Part shown: positions 49,326-60,132 of the stretch, piece after piece
Layout of the letters: each line of letters begins with the position of its first letter
Numbering within the stretch: the stretch's first letter is position 1
Origin: Spirochaetia bacterium
Lineage (GTDB): Bacteria > Spirochaetota > Spirochaetia > UBA9216
DNA length: 64,000 nt
Direction of reading: 5' to 3'
NCBI GenBank assembly: GCA_963677925.2
Contig: CAXXYH010000004.1
Span: 480,001-544,000, forward strand
The notes under the pieces: generated by a model
The model's database searches: none
What the model saw: the letters and a program-made list of their open reading frames with translations, nothing else
What the model was told of the DNA's origin: nothing
Program-made: the position numbers and the translations under genes

Positions 49326-49894
49326 AATTAAACATATATCTTAATGGAGTCGGCGGTCAGGGAATAGGGCTGTTAAGCGAGCTTTTGATTAGGGCATATG
49401 ATGATGCCGGATTTCAGGTGAAGGGTGTTGATACTCACGGGCTTGCCCAGCGAGGAGGTTCGGTGGAATCTCATCTTCGTGTAGGTTACCCTTCCGGAAG
49501 CCCTCTGATAGAACCCGGCAGGGCCGATATTGTCCTGTCTCTTGAGCGGACTGAAGCATACAGAGCCCTGTTTGAAATGCTTAAAAACGGCGGGAAACTT
49601 GCCTACTACGATACACTGTGGCAGAGCCTGTCCGTCCGTCTTGAAAAAGAAAAAGCTCCCGATTCGGAGATGATTGAAGCTTCTGCCCTAAAAAAGAAGG
49701 TCTCAGTTCTAAGGGTTCTGAACTCTGCTCTGCCTGATGTCAGGATGCAGAATGTTATGCTTCTTTCAAAGGCTGTCGAACAGGGCAAGTTACCGGGGCT
49801 TACAGCTGATAATCTGCGAAGCGGTCTGAATCAGCTTTTTTCAGGTGACCTGCTTAAAAAGAATCTGGATTTGGTGGAATCCGTCCTTGGATAA
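49322..49894 (+). CDS. iorB: Indolepyruvate:ferredoxin oxidoreductase beta subunit
   Basis: GVGGQGI, HGLAQRGGSVESHLR; ATGA overlap with iorA. Confidence 0.9.
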   Translation: MKLNIYLNGVGGQGIGLLSELLIRAYDDAGFQVKGVDTHGLAQRGGSVESHLRVGYPSGSPLIEPGRADIVLSLERTEAYRALFEMLKNGGKLAYYDTLWQSLSVRLEKEKAPDSEMIEASALKKKVSVLRVLNSALPDVRMQNVMLLSKAVEQGKLPGLTADNLRSGLNQLFSGDLLKKNLDLVESVLG

Positions 49895-50009
49895 AACTTG
49901 ATTAAAATTGTATAGAAAGTGTAAGTGTTGTATGCTCCGATTAGTTGCATTTCTCAAAAATTACATTAAAATTAATGATAAATAAAATCAGACAGAATGA
50001 AGTATAATT

Positions 50010-52043
50010 ATGAATAATTGGCTGGAACCTTCGATTTTCTCAACATTTTTTGCCTCTTTAATATTAATAATTGCCTACGGGTATGTATTTTTTAAGGAAA
50101 AAAAAAGAGAGTTAAAATATTTTTTATTTGCATGGATAATATATGCCCTAAGATTTATATGTAATCTGCTTCAGATAGAAACGAATCTTACATTTTTAAG
50201 TTATTTTGGACTAATCGCTACCCTGCTCAGCTCTGCCTTTCTGTTTATTGCCGCAAGAACTTTCTTCTCACAAAAGCCGCAGAAAGCTCTGAATTATATC
50301 TTTTTTTTCAGTCCTGTAGTTGTCCTTGTCCTGTGGATCATTAATGTAGATATTTTTATTGTTACTGCCGCAGCATTCTTTATATCCGGAACTATTTATA
50401 TTTTGGTAGGAATTAATTTTCTTAAAAATAAATCAGGGATTCTGTCAACTGAAATTTTTATTGCGCTCGTATTTATGCTATGGGGTCTGCATAAATTTGA
50501 TTATCCCTTTCTTTACGATTCCATAGCCTTTGCTCCAATTGGTTTTCTTTTAGGTTTTCTATTCTCGATAATAAGCGCTTTGAGTATATTAATGCTGTTT
50601 TATGAATACCGTATAAAAGCATTTAATGAAAAAGTAAGTGAATTGCAGTCAGCAAATGAAGCTATTGAAAATAGTAATGTATTATTATTGGATACAAAGA
50701 AGAAACTCCAGCTGAAACTCGATTATATTCTATCTCCGGATCTGGATGAACAGGATTTAATTAATATCACAGATATAATAGATATAGATTTGCTTCAGGA
50801 AATACAGAACTCGTTTTCAAATGCTACCGGAGTTACAGCGATAATTACAGATATAAACGGGGTTTCGGTAACTAAGCCTAGTAATTTCAATGAAATGTGC
50901 AAGATTATCAGACAGACTAAGAAAGGGTTATCGCATTGTATTGAATTTGCAAAATCTATGGGATTGGAATCGGCAGAGAATTTATCAACAAATTACAGGG
51001 CCTGTACAGGCTGCGGATTTGTTGAAGCATCGGCTCCAATATTTGTCGGCAACAAACATTTAGCCAACTGGATAATCGGCCAGACTTCATTCAGTGATAT
51101 TAATGAAGAAAAAATTAAGAGTTATGCAGAAGAGATTGATGTAAATTCTGATATATTACTTGCTGAATTTCGAAAAGTTGAACTTATACCTTATGAACAA
51201 TTTAAAAAGAGGGTTGATCTGTTATGGCTTTTCTCCAAAACTTTAAGCAGCTATGCTTATCATAATATTAAACTGACCCGGAAACTTGTAGAAGAAAGAA
51301 AAATTAAGGAAGAACTTGCTGCCGCGAAAGCCGTTGCTGAAGAAAACAGCCGACTAAAAAGCGCATTTCTGGCAAATGTAAGTCATGAAATCAGAACTCC
51401 GCTTAATGGAGTTTTAGGTTTTGCAGAATTTCTTAAGTATGATAAATATAGCGAAGAAGATCGAAAGAGATTTTTCAACCTGATGGATGAAAGCGGAAAG
51501 CGATTAATGAAAACAATTGATGATATTATTGATATCTCTATTATAAATTCCGGAAAAATGGATTTCAGTATTGATTCTGTTTCTATAAGCAGTTTATTAA
51601 ACGATGTATTATCTGCTTATGAACAGGAAATTAATTCAAAGGGAATTGATTTTAAATATGTTAATCCGGGAGATTATAATATTCTTACAGATGAGGAGAA
51701 GCTGAAAAAAATTCTTTCCAATGTTTTGGATAATGCTGTAAAATTTACAGAACAGGGTAGAATTGAGCTTAATGTGATGGATAAAGATGAAGATTTAGAA
51801 TTCACTTTCTTCGATACAGGAATTGGAATATCCAAAGATAAATTTAAATCAATTTATAACAGTTTTGAGCAGGTCGATATTGATTATTCGAGAAGATATG
51901 AGGGGCTCGGGTTGGGTTTATCCATAGCTAAATCTTATCTGGATTTAATGGGCGGCTCAATCCGTGTCGATTCAAAAGCCGCCGGTAAAGGAAAAAACTC
52001 TCCGGGCTGGACTCGTTTTACTATACTTATTCCAAAAGCATAA
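50010..52043 (+). CDS. Membrane sensor histidine kinase with PocR domain
   Basis: About 7 TM; PocR (IQNSFSNATG...C..IR..C..C..G...APIFV); FLANVSHEIRTPLNG, NVLDNAVKFT, DTGIGI, GLGLGL. Confidence 0.9.
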   Translation: MNNWLEPSIFSTFFASLILIIAYGYVFFKEKKRELKYFLFAWIIYALRFICNLLQIETNLTFLSYFGLIATLLSSAFLFIAARTFFSQKPQKALNYIFFFSPVVVLVLWIINVDIFIVTAAAFFISGTIYILVGINFLKNKSGILSTEIFIALVFMLWGLHKFDYPFLYDSIAFAPIGFLLGFLFSIISALSILMLFYEYRIKAFNEKVSELQSANEAIENSNVLLLDTKKKLQLKLDYILSPDLDEQDLINITDIIDIDLLQEIQNSFSNATGVTAIITDINGVSVTKPSNFNEMCKIIRQTKKGLSHCIEFAKSMGLESAENLSTNYRACTGCGFVEASAPIFVGNKHLANWIIGQTSFSDINEEKIKSYAEEIDVNSDILLAEFRKVELIPYEQFKKRVDLLWLFSKTLSSYAYHNIKLTRKLVEERKIKEELAAAKAVAEENSRLKSAFLANVSHEIRTPLNGVLGFAEFLKYDKYSEEDRKRFFNLMDESGKRLMKTIDDIIDISIINSGKMDFSIDSVSISSLLNDVLSAYEQEINSKGIDFKYVNPGDYNILTDEEKLKKILSNVLDNAVKFTEQGRIELNVMDKDEDLEFTFFDTGIGISKDKFKSIYNSFEQVDIDYSRRYEGLGLGLSIAKSYLDLMGGSIRVDSKAAGKGKNSPGWTRFTILIPKA

Positions 52044-52067
52044 TTATTCAGATACCTAAAAATAGGG

Positions 52068-52313
52068 TCATACTCTATGGTTTAGTATTTCCAAAGCTTC
52101 TTCAGGTACCGCAGCTTTTATAAACCGGATTGTTTCCGAAATTTTATTGTTTATATATTTTAGATTACCGATATGACTCCAATCAGCATCATCGACTAAA
52201 ACATATTCATGTCTGATGGCTGTTACTTCTTCCAGAGCTTTCAGATATTCTTTTAATTTATAATATTCTTTTAAATAGGCCGATGTAACATCACACTGGT
52301 ACTCATCATCCAT
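52068..52313 (-). CDS. Small hypothetical protein
   Basis: 81-aa ORF with GGAG RBS. Confidence 0.55.
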   Translation of the reverse strand: MDDEYQCDVTSAYLKEYYKLKEYLKALEEVTAIRHEYVLVDDADWSHIGNLKYINNKISETIRFIKAAVPEEALEILNHRV

Positions 52314-52326
52314 TGCTGCACTCCAT

Positions 52327-52350
52327 AGTTAGACTTTTAAAAGTCTAACT
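52327..52350. promoter_or_regulatory. Perfect 24-bp palindrome, operator-like
   Basis: AGTTAGACTTTT|AAAAGTCTAACT. Confidence 0.6.
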
Positions 52351-52640
52351 GATTGATAATATTCATGCAATAAAAGAAATTGGTATATGCATTACAGTTT
52401 TGTAATGATAAAATGATTCATTAACAGACTTGCCTTCCTTTACTATATTTTCTACCATTAGATTAGAAAGTTAAATATGTTACGCTTACCTTTCAGCAGA
52501 GTTAAATTCGAAATACTACTCCCGCAGCTATTTATGCTTCAATTTGACTGACAGAACTTTTTACTCCAATTTGCAGCTGTAATTATTTAGTTGATTTTTC
52601 TATATATAGATATTACTATGTTAAATAGGAGTGCCTAATT

Positions 52641-55600
52641 ATGAAAAAAAATCTAGGGGGGCTGGGAAAACTAACTGAACTAAGTATCAACAAGTACAGG
52701 CTTATTTATCTTTTTATAATCATCACAATTTTCATCGGGCTGTATATGTATAATGAGCTGCCCAGAGAGTCTAAACCGGAAATAGTTTTTCCTACCGTAA
52801 AAGTTTCTGTAAACTATTCAGGCGCAAGTCCGAAGGATGTCGAACAGCTTGTAACGAATAAGCTGGAGGCTGTACTTCTGAACTTGCCGGATCTTGAGTT
52901 TATTACATCATCTTCACTTGCAGGAAGGAGTGAAATTCAGCTGGACTTTTATCCTGAAAGTAATCTTGATGAGAATTTTGACAATGTTTCGCAGGCTGTA
53001 AATTCAATACTTAAGGATTTGCCTGATGAAGCTGAACTTCCTTCAGTACGTGTTTCCACTACTGCCAACCGGGCATTTCTTGTCTTGAGCATTAGCGGAG
53101 ATGTTGGAGCGGAAAACCTGAGAGACACTGCTCTTCTGCTTGAACGGCGGCTGTTATCGCTTGATGGTGTCAAGGAAGTCCGTCTGTCCGGCCTATATAA
53201 TGAAAGAGTAGATATCTTCTATTCGCCGGCTAAACTTGCCGAGTATGGTCTCAGTTCGGATGATATCCTTCAGGCTATAAGATTAAACCATAAGGATACG
53301 CCGGCCGGTGAAGCGGTGTTTGACGGTATGCAGTATTATGTCAGGGTCCTGGGCGCTTACAACACTGCTGATGAAATCAGCCGGATGCAGATTCAGCTGC
53401 CTGACGGGAGTACGCGATTTCTTAAGGACCTTGCTTTGGTTGAAGTTAGTCCCGTTTCAAGCGGAACTGTTTCAAGGATGGCTGTCGGTCTGGGTACTCC
53501 TGATGTTAAAATGCTTCCTTCAATCACTTTATCGCTCTACAGAGACGGAGGTACGGACATTGTCGGTCCGAGTCTGGATTCAAAAACAATTATCAACGAG
53601 CTTTCATCTTCAGGGAGTTTCGAAGGGATAGATGTTCAGATTATTCAGGATGATGCGGAGATAGTTAAACGAGATCTTTCCGATGTTCTGGAAAATGCTC
53701 TTTCCGGGCTTCTGATTGTCGTCATCATTTTGTACTTATTTCTTGGTTTAAGAGAAGCTTTAATTACCAGTCTGATTATTCCTTTCTCAATGTTTATCAG
53801 TTTTATTGCCATGGATTTAACCGGGATGACTTTCAATACTATGACCCTGCTTGCAATGATCATTGCTCTAGGGCTTCTGGTTGATAATGGTATTGTTATC
53901 GTTGAAAGTATTGTGGAAAAGCGGAGTCAGGGGATGAAACCGGTTCAGGCTGTAAAAGCCGGTGCGATAGAGGTTGCTCCGTCAATTTTTGCGGCAACAC
54001 TTACAACGATGGCGGCATTCATTCCCCTTGCAATGATGGACGGGCGAATCGGAATGATTATCAGTGTCATTCCGCTTACTGTAATATTTATAATCGGAAG
54101 TTCATTGTTTATTGCACTGACCATTACTCCTGCGCTGAGCGCAAGATGGCTGAAATATAAAAAAGGTACCAAAGCCGGTGGGGCTGTAAGCGGTTTTTCC
54201 TGGAAAAAAGAGATCTTTACCGGTCTCCTGGTTTCAGTCCTCTTTAGTCTTGCATTTATGACAGATCGTAAACCGGGTCTTCTTTCTCTGGTTACTGGAC
54301 TTCTAATGCTGGCATTCATGGTCTTTAAAAGCTATACAAAATATAAAAAAATAAATGCCTTCGAAAAGATCGCCATGCTGTATAAAAAGCTTCTTACCGC
54401 ACTTTTATCAAAGCGGTTGTGGAGAGGACTGCTACCTGGAATTATGTTTGCGATGCTTCTTTTTGTTTTCTGGGGAATCGGATCGGGTCTGATAAAAATA
54501 GAACTGTTCCCCATCAAGGATGAAACAGCACTTTACGCAGTCATTACTGCGCCGGAATACAGCACCCTTGAAAATACTGACAGGCTCACGAGGCTGGCTG
54601 AGGAGAAACTGCTTGATATTGACGGTGTAGCCAACATGTACAGCGAGGTAGGCTTGACTTCAACCCGTGATGCCCAGATTGTGATGAACCTTCTGCCGCC
54701 GGGGGAACGCAAGTGGACAACCCAGAAGAAAATTCCGGAACTGATGAACCTTTTATCGTCAATTCCAGGGGCTAAGATTACTGTTGGAACCCAGGCCGGC
54801 GGAAAAACCGCTAACAGCCCGGTACAGATTAAAGTGGCCGGGGAAGATTTTGATGAGCTGAAATCGGCCGCAGAAATCATTGCTTCTGAACTTGCCTCCG
54901 TGAATGGTGTCCGCGGTGTTCTAACAGACTGGGAAAAGGGTTTTCCGGAAATACAGATAATGCCCTCCGGTATTTATGCTGCTGAAACCGGAGCCGATGC
55001 GACTCTGATAGGAACACAGGTAAAATCGTTTTTAAGCGGTCAGAGCGCCGGGACTTTAATTACCAGAGAAGGTGATCAGGAAATTGTAGTTTCTGCGGAT
55101 CCGCTGCTTCTTGATTCAGTTGATGATCTGAGTAAAATTCTTATTCCGTTTAAAAATGGAGATTTCCTCCCCATAACCTCTGTCGCTGATATCGCGGTAT
55201 CTCAGGGTTATGGAACTATCCGGCACAGTCAGGGTGCAAGAACTGTAACAGTAATGGCTCAGATGCTTCCCGAGGCGAATATCAGGGAGATTGTTCAGGA
55301 ATTTGAATCTATTCGAAATGGAGGCAGTTCACTTCCGGAAGGAGTTTCCTTTTCATGGGTCGGTGATGCTGCTGATCTGGATTCCTCATTCGGTAGTATG
55401 CTGATAAATTTTATAATTGCCCTGATTGTAGTATTTCTTATTCTGGCTATTCAGTTTAATTCATTCAGTCAATCGATGGTAATTCTCTTTTCTGTACCAA
55501 TGTCTATAATCGGAGTCTTTGCGGGGCTCTCTTTGACCGGGAATAATTTTGGTCTGTATGCATTTATGGGTGTTATCGCCCTGGTTGGAATAGTCGTGAA

Positions 55601-55928
55601 TGATGCTATTGTTCTTGTTGATACTGTAAACAGGCTTAGAACAAAGGGTGAAAAGATTATTAATGCATTAACCGAAGCGGGAAAATCACGATTCGCACCG
55701 GTCCTCGCAACCAGCCTGACAACAATAGGCGGAATGCTTCCCCTTGCCTTCAAAGACCAGAATTTTGCACAGCTCAGTATATCGCTAATATCTGGCCTGA
55801 TTGCTTCGACAGTTCTGACTCTTCTTATACTGCCGCTGACCTTTTTCACTGTCGATCAGATAAAGTTGAAAATTCAGAAGATAGTTCCTGTATTTGTTGA
55901 TGAATCGGAGGATGAGACAAATGAATAA
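52641..55928 (+). CDS. RND efflux permease (AcrB/CusA family)
   Basis: GASPKDVEQLVTNKLE, GLLVDNGIVIVE, GIVVNDAIVLVD, SRFAPVLATSLTT. Confidence 0.95.
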   Translation: MKKNLGGLGKLTELSINKYRLIYLFIIITIFIGLYMYNELPRESKPEIVFPTVKVSVNYSGASPKDVEQLVTNKLEAVLLNLPDLEFITSSSLAGRSEIQLDFYPESNLDENFDNVSQAVNSILKDLPDEAELPSVRVSTTANRAFLVLSISGDVGAENLRDTALLLERRLLSLDGVKEVRLSGLYNERVDIFYSPAKLAEYGLSSDDILQAIRLNHKDTPAGEAVFDGMQYYVRVLGAYNTADEISRMQIQLPDGSTRFLKDLALVEVSPVSSGTVSRMAVGLGTPDVKMLPSITLSLYRDGGTDIVGPSLDSKTIINELSSSGSFEGIDVQIIQDDAEIVKRDLSDVLENALSGLLIVVIILYLFLGLREALITSLIIPFSMFISFIAMDLTGMTFNTMTLLAMIIALGLLVDNGIVIVESIVEKRSQGMKPVQAVKAGAIEVAPSIFAATLTTMAAFIPLAMMDGRIGMIISVIPLTVIFIIGSSLFIALTITPALSARWLKYKKGTKAGGAVSGFSWKKEIFTGLLVSVLFSLAFMTDRKPGLLSLVTGLLMLAFMVFKSYTKYKKINAFEKIAMLYKKLLTALLSKRLWRGLLPGIMFAMLLFVFWGIGSGLIKIELFPIKDETALYAVITAPEYSTLENTDRLTRLAEEKLLDIDGVANMYSEVGLTSTRDAQIVMNLLPPGERKWTTQKKIPELMNLLSSIPGAKITVGTQAGGKTANSPVQIKVAGEDFDELKSAAEIIASELASVNGVRGVLTDWEKGFPEIQIMPSGIYAAETGADATLIGTQVKSFLSGQSAGTLITREGDQEIVVSADPLLLDSVDDLSKILIPFKNGDFLPITSVADIAVSQGYGTIRHSQGARTVTVMAQMLPEANIREIVQEFESIRNGGSSLPEGVSFSWVGDAADLDSSFGSMLINFIIALIVVFLILAIQFNSFSQSMVILFSVPMSIIGVFAGLSLTGNNFGLYAFMGVIALVGIVVNDAIVLVDTVNRLRTKGEKIINALTEAGKSRFAPVLATSLTTIGGMLPLAFKDQNFAQLSISLISGLIASTVLTLLILPLTFFTVDQIKLKIQKIVPVFVDESEDETNE

Positions 55929-57282
55929 AAATATAAAAAATCTTTCAGTTTTAATACTGATATTATCAATTTCAATAATTGCGCTCAGCTGCAGTGATGC
56001 TGAGGTATCAAGTTCGGCAGGTCCGGCACCCAGTGAACCAGCAGTTCTGAACACTGCTCAATCAAAATCCATGGAAGCCGATCTCACAGTGCCTCCTCCC
56101 GGTAGCCAGGCGACCCAGGAAAAATGGGACACTTTTACGGATGAAAAGAAGCAGGAATCCTGGGATAAATACATAGAATCCCTCAGCGCAGAGACCGATA
56201 CGCGAACTGATAGCGAATCAGAACCTGCAGTAAAGTCGGTATCTACAGAAAAGGCTGTTTCAGTCGTTACTGCACTTTTAAAAGACAGCCCTATGGAGGT
56301 CTATTACTACGGAATAGGCGAAGTTGAGGCAGGTAAAGTTGTGAAAGTTTTTCCGGCTGTTTCGGGTACTGCCGAAACTTTGTATGTCACCGAGGGTGAG
56401 TATGTAGATTCCGGAGATCTTCTTTTTGCACTTGACAGCCGTGAATGGGTAAAGGACCTTGAGCGGGCCGAGGAAAAGTGGAATGCTGAGCTTGAGCTGG
56501 CTCAGATCAGGCTTAACGAGGCAAGTCAGGATTTGGACAGGACGAGAACCTTTTACGAGAGAGATCTCGTCACAAGACAGGAGCTTGAAAAAACGGAACA
56601 AAGTGTTTCAGAAGCCCAGGTTAATCTTGAGAAGATACAGATCTCCAGAAAGACCGAACTCGAATCCCTGCAGGAAAACTATAAATCCCGCCTCGGTACA
56701 AGCCCGGGTCGGGGCTATGTTTCCAGCATCAGTTTCAGCGAGGGCGAGGCAGTAAACTCAGCCGATTTTGTTGAGATAGTTAATCTTGAAGAGGTTCAGC
56801 TTGTGATTGAAGTCCCCGAGAATATCATACCAAGAATAACAAGGGGATCTGCTGTCTTTGCCAAAACGCCCTCATCATCAAAGTATGGTATGGAAGGCCG
56901 GGTCAGCGGGTACAGTATTCTACCCGGTAACAACAGGACATACAAAGTAACCGCAAGCCTGGTAAATAAAAATCAGAGGCTTTTCCCTGGAATGCTAATG
57001 GAAGCTCAAATACAGGTCTCACAGCTTCAGACCCGATTCATTGTTCCGCGTGTTTCGGTAATAACTGAAGGAACTGATTCATTTATCTATATTATCGAAA
57101 ATAATATAAGTGTGAGGGTTCCCGTTGAGCCCGGTACCGGCCGTCAGGGATTTATTCAGGTTGAGGGCGATTTGTATCTTGATGCGCAGCTTGTTATAGA
57201 GGGACAGAGTTATCTGAAACCGGGAACTCCTGTAAATATTGTTGATACACAGACTTATCTGCCAGACAGAACGGAACTCTAG
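55921..57282 (+). CDS. RND periplasmic adaptor (membrane fusion protein), lipoprotein
   Basis: Lipobox ALSC; lipoyl halves VSGTAETLYVTEGEYV / SPGRGYV; hairpin; LFPGM. Confidence 0.9.
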   Translation: MNKNIKNLSVLILILSISIIALSCSDAEVSSSAGPAPSEPAVLNTAQSKSMEADLTVPPPGSQATQEKWDTFTDEKKQESWDKYIESLSAETDTRTDSESEPAVKSVSTEKAVSVVTALLKDSPMEVYYYGIGEVEAGKVVKVFPAVSGTAETLYVTEGEYVDSGDLLFALDSREWVKDLERAEEKWNAELELAQIRLNEASQDLDRTRTFYERDLVTRQELEKTEQSVSEAQVNLEKIQISRKTELESLQENYKSRLGTSPGRGYVSSISFSEGEAVNSADFVEIVNLEEVQLVIEVPENIIPRITRGSAVFAKTPSSSKYGMEGRVSGYSILPGNNRTYKVTASLVNKNQRLFPGMLMEAQIQVSQLQTRFIVPRVSVITEGTDSFIYIIENNISVRVPVEPGTGRQGFIQVEGDLYLDAQLVIEGQSYLKPGTPVNIVDTQTYLPDRTEL

Positions 57283-57291
57283 GAGTTTGAT

Positions 57292-58665
57292 ATGGGTAAA
57301 AATAAATTAATATTATTGTTAATTATTCCGGTAATGCTGTTGTGGATACAGCCTCTGTTTTCCCAGGCTGATCCAGCCGAAGTTTTAAAATTCACTGATA
57401 TACTTGGTGATAGTAAAATCTCAGCGGATTACAGACTAGCTGTTGAAGAATATGAAAAAAGTATTCTGGAAATGGAATTATATCGTCATCCCGGAGATTT
57501 CGGATTTAATGCTACCCCCGGGGTAAAGTTTCAATGGACTGATCCTGAAACGCCACTCCAGACCGATATAAACATAAATGCAGGAATCTCCTGGTTTCTT
57601 GGCCGCAATGAGGTTAGTGAAGAAAAATACCAGGCGGCTGTAAGGTCTGTTGAAACGGCAAGGCTTGGGATGGAGTCGGCTCTGAATGATACCGTTGTAA
57701 TTTTCTATAAACTGTATTCAGGCTTATGGCTTCTGCAGCAGGAATATTTAATTCTTGATAATGAACAATCTCTTGCAAGGGAACGTTATTCGGGTGCTTA
57801 CCGGATGTATCTGGAAGGCAGTATTTCAACCAGCGAACTTGAAGATGCGGAGGAAGAGCTTCGGCTTGCTGAAGAATCACTGCAGGAGAATTCACTTGAC
57901 CAGCGGCTTACGTGGTTTTCTCTGCAGCAGTACCGGGGGAAGGTCGTAAATGATCAGAATATGACAATCCCGGTGCTCGATGAGTTCTGGTTTAACACTC
58001 CAGATGTTGATAAACCGTCGCTTCTCAGCGAAATTGCCTCTGCGGTAAATTATGATGTAATGAAACTGCAGAATGCTCTTGTTTCAATGGAAGAAACCGC
58101 AGCCCGTCTGAAAAAGGTAAATACAGGACTAAGTTTTAAACCCTATTTCGGATACGATGACTATCTTGCTACTCTTACTTATGCTATGGATAATAATACA
58201 ATGGCGCTTAATACTGCAGTTCCGATTCTTAGTTTAAACAGTACCGGTTCACAGGATTCTCAGAAAAAATGGAACGCAGGAATATCACTTATTTTTGATA
58301 TTGATTCGGGCAAATCTGATAATTTGGAATTAAAGGTTCTTGATAAGGAAATTCTTCAGCAGGAGATCCTCTTAAAAAAACAAATTGATAAATCAGATCT
58401 TGAACTTAGAACTCTTTATCAGCAGCAGCTGCAGGCCAGGCAGGCGCTGCAGCTGGCCGAGACGGCATACCAGAGACAGGTCCGGCTCAGAGATGCGGTC
58501 TCTGTACGGGTTGATTCGGGAACGGCACTTAGAATTGATTTACTCTCGGCGGAAACATCTCTTCAGCGAAGCTTCTGGAAAGTCAGCAGTGCAAGGGTTG
58601 CTGTACAGCAGGCTTATCTGAATTATAAACTACTGGAAGGAAATCTGAACGGAATCTGGCAGTGA
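57292..58665 (+). CDS. TolC-family outer-membrane channel
   Basis: Signal peptide; MYLEGSISTSELEDAE and DSGTALRIDLLSAE repeats; third gene of the RND operon. Confidence 0.82.
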   Translation: MGKNKLILLLIIPVMLLWIQPLFSQADPAEVLKFTDILGDSKISADYRLAVEEYEKSILEMELYRHPGDFGFNATPGVKFQWTDPETPLQTDININAGISWFLGRNEVSEEKYQAAVRSVETARLGMESALNDTVVIFYKLYSGLWLLQQEYLILDNEQSLARERYSGAYRMYLEGSISTSELEDAEEELRLAEESLQENSLDQRLTWFSLQQYRGKVVNDQNMTIPVLDEFWFNTPDVDKPSLLSEIASAVNYDVMKLQNALVSMEETAARLKKVNTGLSFKPYFGYDDYLATLTYAMDNNTMALNTAVPILSLNSTGSQDSQKKWNAGISLIFDIDSGKSDNLELKVLDKEILQQEILLKKQIDKSDLELRTLYQQQLQARQALQLAETAYQRQVRLRDAVSVRVDSGTALRIDLLSAETSLQRSFWKVSSARVAVQQAYLNYKLLEGNLNGIWQ

Positions 58666-58692
58666 TTCTGTTGTAGGAAAGGATGATATATT

Positions 58693-58733
58693 AAAAAGGG
58701 CTGAACGGGATTTATTCTCAGTCAGCCTTTTTT
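58693..58733. terminator. Bidirectional terminator-like hairpin
   Basis: AAAAAGGGCTGA...TCAGCCTTTTTT between convergent operons. Confidence 0.6.
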
Positions 58734-58753
58734 ATAATATTCAGTCTCTGTTC

Positions 58754-59491
58754 TTATTCTCCAGCAGCCAAAAGTTCAGGGTACATCATCTGAAGATCTC
58801 TGAGTTTCGGCAGATCCCAGTAAACGATATAAGGATAGTCAGGGTTCAGCCTGAGGAAATCCTGGTGATAATCCTCCGCTTTATAGAATGCTTTCAGCGG
58901 AGATACTTCCGTAACGATTTTATCACTGTATGTTCCCTCCATTTCAAGCTTATCGATAAATTCCTCTGTCATGGTTTTCTGACTCTGATTAAGATAGAAA
59001 ACTGCTGAGCGGTACTGTGTCCCGTGATCAGGTCCCTGAAAATTCAGCTCCGTCGGATTATGAGCTACGGTGAAAAAGACTTCAAGAAGTGTTTTGTAAT
59101 CGATCTGCTTCGGGTCATAGATTATCTGCACAGCCTCTGCATGCCCGGTGGTGCCGCTGCCTACAACATAATACTGTGCGGTATCCGCTTCACCGCCGGA
59201 ATACCCCGATTCAACATCGAGAACTCCCTGCAGCTGTTCAAATACAGCCTCTACGCCCCAGAAGCAGCCGCCCGCAAATACTGCGGTCTCTACGGCTTCC
59301 GCTTTGTATCCGTCAATTCCGGGAAGCGGACCGCGGATTTTAAGCATTTGATTCTGATTATTTTCCATACCGCCGGAGGTCACTGCAGCATTTCCGGCCA
59401 TTTCTCTTTCTCCCTGTGCTGAAAGAGGTAATATAAACACAATCAATATTAACGTTGAAATAGAAAAAAATATTTTACTCCGGTTTGTCAT
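58754..59491 (-). CDS. msrA: Exported peptide-methionine (S)-S-oxide reductase
   Basis: GGCFWG, GHAEAV, GTQYRSA, AEDYHQ; N-terminal signal peptide. Confidence 0.95.
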   Translation of the reverse strand: MTNRSKIFFSISTLILIVFILPLSAQGEREMAGNAAVTSGGMENNQNQMLKIRGPLPGIDGYKAEAVETAVFAGGCFWGVEAVFEQLQGVLDVESGYSGGEADTAQYYVVGSGTTGHAEAVQIIYDPKQIDYKTLLEVFFTVAHNPTELNFQGPDHGTQYRSAVFYLNQSQKTMTEEFIDKLEMEGTYSDKIVTEVSPLKAFYKAEDYHQDFLRLNPDYPYIVYWDLPKLRDLQMMYPELLAAGE

Positions 59492-59504
59492 AATAGCCCT
59501 CCTG

Positions 59505-60119
59505 TTATTTCTCAAAGAGATAAAGATATTCTGCGTAGCCTTCCTCCTCCATTCTGCTTAGCGGAATGAACCTGAGTGAGGCTGAATTAATACAGTACCT
59601 CATTCCTGTCGGGGCAGGTCCATCATTGAAAAGGTGGCCCAGGTGTGAATCGGCATAAAAGCTTCTTACCTCTGTGCGGCTCATCCCGTAGGATGTATCT
59701 GAAAGCTCGATAATATTTCCTTCGCTAAGAGGTCTGGTAAAACTCGGCCATCCGGTTCCGGAATCATACTTGTCGGTTGAACTGAACAGAGGCTCGCCTG
59801 ATACAATATCAACATACAGACCCTCCTCATGATTATCCCAGTATTCATTGCTGAAGGGTCTTTCAGTATCTTCATGCTGGGTAACGCTGAACTGCAGCGG
59901 AGTCAGCTTCTCCATCAGTTCATCTTCAGACGGCTTCATGTAATCGCCGCTGCCCATATCGGGCGGCATAAGAGCCCTGGTCTCCTTCTCCATAGCATCC
60001 ATCTCATTATCCATGTTATCCATTTCTTTTGTTCCTGAGGCAAATAGTTGAAATACCGATAGAATTGCCAGGGAAAATACCGCTAAGAACAGTATTCGTC
60101 TTTTAATTATATTTTTCAT
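59505..60119 (-). CDS. msrB: Exported peptide-methionine (R)-S-oxide reductase
   Basis: [24 protein letters not shown]; signal peptide. Confidence 0.95.
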   Translation of the reverse strand: MKNIIKRRILFLAVFSLAILSVFQLFASGTKEMDNMDNEMDAMEKETRALMPPDMGSGDYMKPSEDELMEKLTPLQFSVTQHEDTERPFSNEYWDNHEEGLYVDIVSGEPLFSSTDKYDSGTGWPSFTRPLSEGNIIELSDTSYGMSRTEVRSFYADSHLGHLFNDGPAPTGMRYCINSASLRFIPLSRMEEEGYAEYLYLFEK

Positions 60120-60132
60120 TTGCAGCCTCCTG

